A stretch of DNA of 64,000 nt from a virus (Duplodnaviria > Caudoviricetes). The position numbers and the translations under genes were made by a program. The stretch covers positions 211,513-275,512 of the IMG/VR virus record IMGVR_UViG_3300031555_004728, one strand, 5' to 3'. Below the pieces are notes generated by a model. The model was not told where the DNA came from and did not search any database. It worked only from the letters and a program-made list of their open reading frames with translations. Shown here piece after piece: positions 50,777 through 59,675 of this stretch (the first letter of the stretch is position 1; every line of letters starts with the position of its first letter).

Positions 50777-51934
50777 ATGTTAAACGTGGGAGTTATTGGC
50801 GTAGGTAATGCCGGTAATCAAGTATGCGCACTTTGCGCAAGTAAGTATCCGGAAATTCCGGTAATAGCTATCAACTGTAGTGAGAATGATATGAAAACAC
50901 TTCCTAATAGTGTACTTAAATTTCTCATCGGTGATGGTAGAGGAGCAGGTAAAAACAGAGAAGAGGCAAAAACTTTTCTTGAGAAATCTATCATGCAATT
51001 AATTGCTGATGAAAATGTAAAGAAAGTTCTCTCTGAATTAGACCTTGTATTTATAGTAAGTAGTACAGGTGGTGGAACAGGTTCAGGTATTTCAATCTTA
51101 CTTACAAACATCATCAATGCTGCATCTCAACAGTATGAAAAACCTGTATTTCCTATTTCAGTAGGTATTTTACCTACACTCAGCGAAGCTTTATCAACTC
51201 AAGCAAACTCATTAAGTTATCTTACAGAGTTATATGAGATTTGCGAATCACCAACATATATGCTCTATGATAATGAAAAGTTTTCTAAAAAGTCAACTGT
51301 AGAAATTCTTAAAGGGGTTAATGAAAGAATCGTAGAAGACATCAATGTGTTAAGATGTTACTATAACAGATCAACAACATACAATTCAATTGATGAGCGT
51401 GATGCTATGACATTAATTACAACACCGGGACGTATTGTAGTTGGTTCATTGATTGATGTTAAAGAAAAAGATTGTGATGATGATGAAACTCTTGAAGATA
51501 AACTCATTACAGACCTTAAGAAAAATGCTCATGTAGAAATGCAAATGGATAGAATCGTTAACAGAACAGGTGTCATTGTTAATTTAAGTGATGCTATGTT
51601 ATCACGTTTCGATACTCATATTCCAAAAATTCAAAATCTTATCGGTTCACCGATAGAAGAGTTTGAACATATTTCTATCAATGATGATAGAAAGCTTCCA
51701 AACAATGTGTTTTACATCGCTACAGGTCTTACACCTATCATGGATAGAATTGCAAAAACAAAAGACCGTATTGATGAAATTACAGAAGCACAAAAGAGAA
51801 AAGAAGACGAACTTGACCTTGATAAAGGTATGCTTGATGATATTCAGGCAAAAAGAGTTTATAGACCTAAGAATGATGATATTCCTGAAAAGATTGACCT
51901 TGGTGCAATCTTTGATAAATTCAAAGGTAAATAA
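50777..51934 (+). CDS. Tubulin/FtsZ-family GTPase (PhuZ/TubZ-like)
   Basis: GVIGVGNAGNQ, GAGKNRE, signature GGGTGSG, YDNEK, SIDERD. Confidence 0.9.
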   Translation: MLNVGVIGVGNAGNQVCALCASKYPEIPVIAINCSENDMKTLPNSVLKFLIGDGRGAGKNREEAKTFLEKSIMQLIADENVKKVLSELDLVFIVSSTGGGTGSGISILLTNIINAASQQYEKPVFPISVGILPTLSEALSTQANSLSYLTELYEICESPTYMLYDNEKFSKKSTVEILKGVNERIVEDINVLRCYYNRSTTYNSIDERDAMTLITTPGRIVVGSLIDVKEKDCDDDETLEDKLITDLKKNAHVEMQMDRIVNRTGVIVNLSDAMLSRFDTHIPKIQNLIGSPIEEFEHISINDDRKLPNNVFYIATGLTPIMDRIAKTKDRIDEITEAQKRKEDELDLDKGMLDDIQAKRVYRPKNDDIPEKIDLGAIFDKFKGK

Positions 51935-52050
51935 ACTCGACTTTAAAATTATAATAATAAATTATTTATCTGGTAACGTAAAATTAAACTATAGATTTTA
52001 TAATCTATAAGAATTACGTTACCAGATATTTAAAAATTAAAAGAAGGAGA

Positions 52051-53007
52051 TTGAGAATCATGAGTAACAAACAAAACAAAGGGTTTAGAATCCCTGAGGA
52101 TGTTAAATTATTTGCATCTCTCACAGAAAAGAAGTACATGAAGAAGTACGCTGACGATTATAGCAGCAAGAAAGAAAAACGTAAAGCATATTATGAAATG
52201 CTTATTGGTGAACTACCAGAAGTTATTAAACTTCTTGTTTATTACTCTCAGGTAAAAGAAGTTCAAGAAATCAAGCATGATATCTATGAACGTTTATTTG
52301 ATAAAAAGCTTATCAAGAAAATTACCAAACTTGTTGATGAAGATATGGATGAGATTGAAAATATCTTATTATTCCCTATCGTTATCTATGACGTGATCAA
52401 AGAAGCAGCAATTCAACATGCAAAAGAAAAGGCAGAAGATCCAGAAGCAAAAGATTTTGATTTATCAGATCTTATTAGCCTATCAAATAAGATTCTTCGT
52501 AAGAAAATGAAGAAACTTGAAAAGAATGGAATCTCTAAAGAATTAGCATTCGATTGCTTATCAGTGGTTCCATCAACAAAGGTTCTTGAAAAAGGAATCT
52601 ATCGTATGAGAATTTTGATGAATGTTTTGTATACACATGCAAAGACAGAAGAAATCAAAATCGAACCTATTATGAAATATGTAGTAACATCAAACTACTA
52701 TTCAGTGATTATCGCATATTTGTTACTTGAAAGAAAATCTGAATATGTCAACCTTGATGACAAACAGAAAGAGTTCTTTAACAAAGTAACAGATTGGGTT
52801 TTCAACACAATGGAAGAAATGGATAAGAATGAGATTAAACAAATTCTTGTTTCATACTTCAATACAAGAAAATCTGACAAGGCTAAGAATAAAGATTCAA
52901 ACAGAAGATTCTTCTTAAGTTCATTGCCAGAAAATGAATTCCCTAACATTACAAAAGTTATTGCAAAACTTAAAGATGTTGACTCATCAATTGAAGAATT
53001 CTTATAA
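52051..53007 (+). CDS. Hypothetical helical protein
   Basis: 318-aa ORF with AAGGAG RBS. Confidence 0.75.
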   Translation: MRIMSNKQNKGFRIPEDVKLFASLTEKKYMKKYADDYSSKKEKRKAYYEMLIGELPEVIKLLVYYSQVKEVQEIKHDIYERLFDKKLIKKITKLVDEDMDEIENILLFPIVIYDVIKEAAIQHAKEKAEDPEAKDFDLSDLISLSNKILRKKMKKLEKNGISKELAFDCLSVVPSTKVLEKGIYRMRILMNVLYTHAKTEEIKIEPIMKYVVTSNYYSVIIAYLLLERKSEYVNLDDKQKEFFNKVTDWVFNTMEEMDKNEIKQILVSYFNTRKSDKAKNKDSNRRFFLSSLPENEFPNITKVIAKLKDVDSSIEEFL

Positions 53008-53035
53008 GATGAATTCGGAAAAGAGGGGTTGAATC

Positions 53036-54064
53036 ATGAATGTTAGTATTATAACAGTAGGTGGAAAACATACACCATGGGAAATAATCAAAGATACCGT
53101 AACAATTGGAAAAAAAGAGTTATCACAATTCTTTCTTCAATCACAAGATCCAAAAGTGTTACAGAAAATAAAATTAGGGGAGGCTTTCAATTCAAAGGAA
53201 GATAATGAATTTAAAGAATTATCTCCAAAGAAAGTTGTAGACGAGTCTAATACATTAGACATCGTGATTCAAAATTTCAACCTAGATTTCAACAAGATTT
53301 ATATTAATACAAAAAATATGAATCCGTATGTAGTTAAAGAACCAAAGAGAAAATGCGATGAACGTCTAGTTATATTAATGCTAGACAATTCATACGCTTA
53401 CATACGCTCAACTATTAATTCAACAATTGGAGAAGCGATATGTACATTCCATACAGAAAAATCAATTGCTGTATGTATCAAAGTTACAGAATCAGAATTC
53501 CAAAAATATTTAACTGGTTCAGAGTTTGTAAAACTCATAACTTTTGATGTTCTGAATAAAGGTTCATTCTATAACTTTAGTGTAAATTTACACAAAGAAG
53601 GTGTTTCGGTTAAGAAATCAAAACATCGTAAAAAAGCTACATGTAATCATTTATCAGAGTTGAATGAGCAGTATAAGTCAAAGAAAGTTGGAAGAAGATT
53701 TGTACGTTTTAGTGATAAACTTATTACAACTGCATATATTTCTTCAATAGACTTCCATGACACAACAGAAAATCTTATCAATAAATATCCTTTAAGTGAT
53801 GTGATTTTAGAGGATTCTCCAATATTCCTATATGATGTGAATATTGATGATAAAGGTTTCATTGTAAGGGATGAAATATTCGAAAATGTAATTGATGATA
53901 TGAAAAAGAAGAAAATCAAATCATTTACTTTGTCTGGTTGTAAACTCAGAAAAGAGACATTTGAAGATATCAAGCCTTTATATATTTTCAGTTTTCAGGA
54001 AACAGAAAAATTAAGTGAAGAAGAAATCGAAATTCAAACTTTGAAATGTGTTAAAAGTAATTAA
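53036..54064 (+). CDS. Hypothetical protein
   Basis: 342-aa ORF with GAGGGG RBS. Confidence 0.75.
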   Translation: MNVSIITVGGKHTPWEIIKDTVTIGKKELSQFFLQSQDPKVLQKIKLGEAFNSKEDNEFKELSPKKVVDESNTLDIVIQNFNLDFNKIYINTKNMNPYVVKEPKRKCDERLVILMLDNSYAYIRSTINSTIGEAICTFHTEKSIAVCIKVTESEFQKYLTGSEFVKLITFDVLNKGSFYNFSVNLHKEGVSVKKSKHRKKATCNHLSELNEQYKSKKVGRRFVRFSDKLITTAYISSIDFHDTTENLINKYPLSDVILEDSPIFLYDVNIDDKGFIVRDEIFENVIDDMKKKKIKSFTLSGCKLRKETFEDIKPLYIFSFQETEKLSEEEIEIQTLKCVKSN

Positions 54065-54124
54065 TTCGGTTTTGGATTCAAAAGATATATTATTATTGTG
54101 AATAATTGAAAGGAGATCATAATC

Positions 54125-54616
54125 ATGGCAAAGAAGAAACCAGATTATAAGCTTGATGGAAACATCATTGCTACAATTAAAGAACATACAAACAAGCACG
54201 GAAAAATCAAGGGTAAAAACAAGAAACAAACTCGTACACTTGTAGGTGCTTGTCCTCACCATACTTTGAATAAGAATGGTAAAATTAAACCTATTTTATC
54301 AAACGATGGAAAACAAACATGTACTTGTCGTGCGTGTGGAGCATCTTTCAAAGGTCATCCATATTCAGGAGAAGATGTAAAACGTATGACAAAAGGAACC
54401 AAAGAATTGGTTAATCAACTTAAATATCTTTCAGTTGCAGTAAATGCCGGAAATGAGACTGTAAGATTTGCATGTGAATTAGGTTCAATGCTTGAACATC
54501 TTCCATCAGTTTACAAGAACGTAAAACAGATTGCAGAGAAAGCAGAAGCTGTTAAGAACAAAAAGAAGAAAAAGAAAAGCAATTCAAACTTCAGTAACGT
54601 AGGTGGATGGAGATAA
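54125..54616 (+). CDS. Basic Zn-finger-like protein
   Basis: CPHH...CTCRAC; Lys-rich termini; TATATTAT at 54086-54093. Confidence 0.7.
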   Translation: MAKKKPDYKLDGNIIATIKEHTNKHGKIKGKNKKQTRTLVGACPHHTLNKNGKIKPILSNDGKQTCTCRACGASFKGHPYSGEDVKRMTKGTKELVNQLKYLSVAVNAGNETVRFACELGSMLEHLPSVYKNVKQIAEKAEAVKNKKKKKKSNSNFSNVGGWR

Positions 54617-54629
54617 AAATAAAACATTA

Positions 54630-55395
54630 GTGTTTAGTACCTTGATACAAACCTGAGAATTGGTTTATGGGTTTAGGAAATGAACTAAACCCACTTCTTC
54701 ATATATCTATAAACTAAAGTTTTGAATATAGGATAATGTCGTGTCACAGCGACATTATTCATTTACCTATATAGACGAATACAAATAAAATAATATCAAC
54801 GTTATGGAGGAATCGCGTTGTTAAATAATATATTCCCCCACCAAAACATTTAAAATTTAAATATCCGTATAACTGAGGATTATATAGGACATTATTAAAT
54901 GTATATTACATATCGAGCCAAAAGATTGCCAGTTAAGCAATAACTTATCGATAGGGTAAAATTAATTTATCGTAGTGAATCGTGCTCATACCACGAAGTT
55001 AAGTTGGAGACTTAATTGATAAATTAACGCATTAAATGTTAGATGTCAGGATGTTAAGATGTAAAATGTAACATGTTAATACGCTATAAATAGGAGATGT
55101 TTATAGCACCTTAGATGTGATTATTTAAATTTTATGATGTTACAATGTTTTCAAAATCCTTCAATATAGGTTTTGGTTATATTAGCCTATTTGTTCCTGA
55201 AGGCTGTCTATATGGGAATATTATAAAAATTTAAAGAGTAAAACATTCTAGTATCTAGTTCGATAAACGTTGTCATGAAATTATCACATTCCTTTTATCA
55301 TTAGATTATTTTATACACGTTTCGAAATGATACACAAGCAACCAAAATAACTTATTAAAATAAGATAAAGCTATTTAGCTTTATCTTATTTTTTG
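54630..55395 (+). ncRNA. Candidate large structured ncRNA (about 750 nt)
   Basis: No ORF of 60 aa or more; many stems with plus-strand G-U pairs; long-range ATATTCCC/GGGAATAT; terminator ATAAGATAAAGCTA/TAGCTTTATCTTAT plus T-run. Confidence 0.6.
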
Positions 55396-55424
55396 TTTTA
55401 TTTTTTTAATGATATATTATTTTA

Positions 55425-55680
55425 TTGAATCAAATATGAATTATTTCCTCAAGGGTTTTTAACGTTTGTACCTGTATTTTGTAATTTATATTCGATTCAA
55501 AAATACCAATATCACTTATTCAACTCCTTTCTGTTTTCAAATTTAGAGTTGATACTACGTTAAGTGATATTTTCTTTTATCTTTTCAGTTACAAAATGTT
55601 TGAACTGAAAATCAATCATTAGTACTTCGATACATTTGTATCAAAAAAGAAAAGGTGTCGCTATCACCTTTTCTTTTTTA
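55425..55680 (+). ncRNA. Candidate early small RNA with three hairpins
   Basis: TATATTAT at 55413-55420; stems TGAATC..ATATGAATTA/TAATTTATAT..GATTCA, AATATCACTTA/TAAGTGATATT, TTTTCAGTT/AACTGAAAA; terminator AAAAGAAAAGGTG/CACCTTTTCTTTT. Confidence 0.45.
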
Positions 55681-55682
55681 CA

Positions 55683-55805
55683 TTATTTCCATTCATTATA
55701 ATAATCTTTATAATCAGATTCTGATGCAAATAACATATATTCACCATCAATATATCCCATACATCCACTATCAATATTATAACATTTATATTCCATGATT
55801 TTCAT
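55683..55805 (-). CDS. Small protein (40 aa) with G.MG..DG.YMLFASE.DY motif
   Basis: Hand translation MKIMEYKCYNIDSGCMGYIDGEYMLFASESDYKDYYNEWK*; AAGGAG RBS. Confidence 0.7.
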   Translation of the reverse strand: MKIMEYKCYNIDSGCMGYIDGEYMLFASESDYKDYYNEWK

Positions 55806-55986
55806 CTCCTTTAGCATATTATAATATTGTGAAAATATTAAAAATAAATAATGTTATTCGAGTATCCCCTCGAATAAGATGTTAAATGATTAATAACACG
55901 TAATTAACACTCATTTTTTGTAATTTTTTATTACAATGATTTATTATTATTATGAGTAAAAATAAAAGAAAGGGAGATATAAGGAA

Positions 55987-56314
55987 ATGGCACAAGATTC
56001 TAAAATGATGTACATTGAAGATGATATCGAAAAGATTCAGATGAAAACAAATTTGTACCTAAAATCCTATGGTCCTGAGGGTGCTTTTCATTTGACAAAA
56101 GAAATCATTCAAAATAGTACAGATGAGTGTAAAAATCCTAAATCTGAGGGTAGTTACATCAAAGTAGTTATTGATAAATTAGAAGATTCAATAACTGTAG
56201 AAGATGATGGACGTGGTATCAGTGAAGTTGACTACCCATTAGATATATGCTGTACAAAAATTCAAGCAGGTTCTAAATTTATGAGGGATGATGGTGAATT
56301 ATCAGCTGGTGAGT
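55987..56314 (+). CDS. gyrB: DNA gyrase/type IIA topoisomerase subunit B, exon 1
   Basis: EIIQNSTDE, VEDDGRGI, TKIQAGSKF; ends SAGE + T. Confidence 0.9.
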
Positions 56315-57526
56315 TAATATCCTAGCTCACAAAGTATAGTAATATACTTTTAGGAAACCTCTTTAATTGCTGGGAACTCTTGTTAGGTCTTAGATACCAA
56401 AGTGTAACAATTCTAAGAATAGAGACAATCAGCAGCGAAGCTAAATTATTAAAAATACTATGAAAAAACATGGTAAAAACTCTTTAAAAAGTTATCTAGA
56501 TAATTATATTGTAAATGATAACTTTGAAGAGAGAATTATATTTATAAATGGCGAAGAAACCCATTATAGAATTAGAAGTAATGGTGAAATAATTTCAACG
56601 GAATATCAAGGTAAAAAACGAAAAATACCTCATATTATGATTGGTGGAATTGATAAAGATGGATATAGATTAGTTACGTTAACTCATAATAAAGTTAAAC
56701 GTACATATCGAATTCATAGATTGGTTGCAGAATATTTTATTCCAAATCCATTTAATAAACCAGAAGTTAATCATAAAGATGGCAATAAACTAAATAATGA
56801 TATTTCAAATTTAGAATGGGCGTATCAATGGGAAAATTCTGAACATGCAGTAGTTACTGGTTTAAAATCAGGAGTTAATTCTTCAGAATATATACATTTA
56901 GTTTGTCAATTATTAGAAAGTAATCTTTATAGTATGAAAGAAATTTCTAATATAACTGGTATAGAATATGAATTGGTTGTAAAAATACATTCTGGTTATT
57001 GCTATAAACATATAGCAGATCAATATAAAATAAGCAATTATAACCAATCCGATCATATTGATAAACGAGAATACGAACTTATTGACGATGATACTATTAA
57101 AAATATTTGTATTGAATTAGTTAATGGGTATTTAAATATATCAGAATTATCTAAAAAATACAATGTTTCAAAAACTACAATAAAACGTATTCTCAATCAT
57201 GAAACAAGAAAAGATATAACTTTGAATTATTCATTTAATGATTATAATACTAAAGGCATAAATCAGTTTATTAAAAATATAAAAGGATGTGATATTATAA
57301 ATGAAAATTTATAAAATTGATTCTTCGCTAAAAATATATAATAAAAAATAAAATAATTTAGAACGTTCAACGACTATCGAAAGCATAACTTAAGAGAAAT
57401 ACTTAAGTGAAGAAGCGAGTAGAGTACACTTATTATATAAGTGGAAATGGGAGGCATCTTATATTTGGTAATAGAATATGAGATGAAGATATAGTCTAAT
57501 CTTTATAGAGATATAAAGTATTAATG
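56315..57526 (+). mobile_element. Group I intron (1212 nt) with HNH homing endonuclease in gyrB
   Basis: P1 GTGAGT/GCTCAC with U-G pair; P/Q/R/S elements nearly identical to the beta' intron; terminal G at 57526; splicing gives SAGEFGIGITCCNALS. Confidence 0.95.
56460..57314 (+). CDS. Intron-encoded HNH homing endonuclease with C-terminal HTH-like repeats
   Basis: Y.I.SNG.I, DKDGY..V.L, HRLVAEYFIPNP.NKPEVNHKDGNKLNN.ISNLEW. Confidence 0.92.
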   Translation: MKKHGKNSLKSYLDNYIVNDNFEERIIFINGEETHYRIRSNGEIISTEYQGKKRKIPHIMIGGIDKDGYRLVTLTHNKVKRTYRIHRLVAEYFIPNPFNKPEVNHKDGNKLNNDISNLEWAYQWENSEHAVVTGLKSGVNSSEYIHLVCQLLESNLYSMKEISNITGIEYELVVKIHSGYCYKHIADQYKISNYNQSDHIDKREYELIDDDTIKNICIELVNGYLNISELSKKYNVSKTTIKRILNHETRKDITLNYSFNDYNTKGINQFIKNIKGCDIINENL

Positions 57527-59673
57527 TCGGAATTGGTATCACTTGCTGTAATGCTCTTTCAGATGAGTTTACTATGACATCTTATAGAGAACGAGAAAAG
57601 ACAGCACATACTATTTCATTTAGAAATGGTAAGAAAGTTTTAGATGAAACTATTACAATTGGAAAGAAAGACAAACAACATGGAATGATTACAAAAATGA
57701 TTCCAAGTAGAAAATATTTAGGTCCTAATACACATCTTCCATGTGATACAATTGAAGATTGGTTAGGAAAAATCTCATATTTCTTTACGAATAATATGAG
57801 ATTGGAATTTATTGTTATGGAAGGTTTCAAATTAATAAAGAAAGTTGTATTTGAGAAAAGAGATCCAGTTGGATTACTTCTTGATATCTGCAGTTCTAAT
57901 ATTATTTTGAAACCAATTTCATTTGAAAGAACTGATGAATTTGAAGAAGAAGTTATTAATACTGACAGGTCATCAGACAAAGAAACTGTAATTAAGAAAC
58001 GTACAGCAACATATGGTATTATGTTTGCATATGATGATTCTATTGATCCAGAATATGATTCATATTGTAATTTCACGAATACTATTTCTGGTGGTGTTCA
58101 TATGGATTCTGCAGAAAAAGCTTTCTGTACATATGTACAAAAGGCTGTTAAGGATTCTATGACAGAAAATGAAAAATCTAAGATTGATGTTTTATGGAAC
58201 GATATTAGAACTGGACTTAAAATGGTAGTACATTTAACAACAAATGCTAATGTTCAGTTTGAAGGAAATGTTAAAGAAAAGATTAAAGCAGAAATCTTAA
58301 GACCTATTCTTTATAATGGATTCATGGAAGAAATTACAAATTATTTTGAAAAGAATCCAGAGAAATTAAGAGCTGTAATTAAAATTGTAAAGACAAATGC
58401 TAAAGCACGTGTTGAAGCAACTAAAGCAAGAATTGCTACAACAAAAGAAACTATGACACCTATGAAAGAACAACAAATTCCAAACTATGATAGGTGTTTG
58501 AATACTGGTAAAAATGATTATAGAGAAATTTATATAGTTGAAGGTGATTCAGCTAAAGGTTCAGGTTCTAAATATAGAAACCCATTCTTCCAAGCATTCT
58601 TTGCAGTTAGAGGTATGACTGCAAATCCATATAAGAAGACACTAGTTCAACTTATGGATCCAAATAATGGAAATAAAGAATGGAGAACTTTTGTAAATAT
58701 CATTAGATGTGGCATTGGTAAGAATTTTGATATCAATAAATTATATTTTGATAAAATTATTATTCTTACAGATGCAGATATTGATGGTCATGGTATTTCA
58801 TCATCTATGGCATCATTCTTTATTTCAGCATTACCAGAACTTGTATTAGCAGGAAAACTTTATAAGGCTTTACCACCATTATATAAAATTAATGATGGTA
58901 AAAAATCTATCTTTGTACACAACAAAGAAGAATATGTAGCTCTTTACAGGGATAAAGTTATCAAAAATTATGATGTTGTAATTTTAGCGTTAGGTGATAA
59001 GAAAATCTCTAATGATGTATTTAGAGAATTCTTATTAGATACAGTGAATTATTTAAGTTTACTAACATCGATTGCTAAGCATTATAAAACAAATTCACTA
59101 TTGATTGAGCGAGTTATATCTTATTTAGTTTACAAATATCCAGCAATTGATGGTGATTTTGATGTTGCTAATTTATTAAAAGACCAGACAAAGTTATCTG
59201 ATTTTATGTCTGTAGTTCAGGAAAAGTTTCCTGAGATTAAATATTATGAAGATACAAATGTACTTAAAGGAATTGCAGATGGTCACTTTACAAGCTTTAG
59301 TTTAGGGCATCGATTCATGAACAAAGTTGCTGAACTTATGGATATTTATAGAAAGTATGGGTATTCATTACTTGTAAAAGAAAAAGACGGAGAATACCAA
59401 CAAATGTCTTTAGCACAATTCAGTACAAAATATCAGAAGTATATTCCTGTTATACAAAGTCGTTATAAAGGACTTGGTGAAATGAGTCCACAAGATTTAT
59501 ATGAAACGACTCTTGATCCTAATGGAAGAGTATTACTTCAACTTACAATTGATGATCTTAAGAAAGACCTTAAAGTATTTGATAAACTTCATGGTACAAG
59601 TAAGAAGGATAAAATTGCAAGAAAGAAAATGATGCAGGAATTCAGAATTAATGCAGATGATTTAGATAACTAG
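57527..59673 (+). CDS. gyrB: DNA gyrase subunit B, exon 2
   Basis: GIGITCCNALS, T..GG.H, IVEGDSAKG, TDADIDG, PPLY, RYKGLGEM. Confidence 0.92.
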
Positions 59674-59675
59674 TT

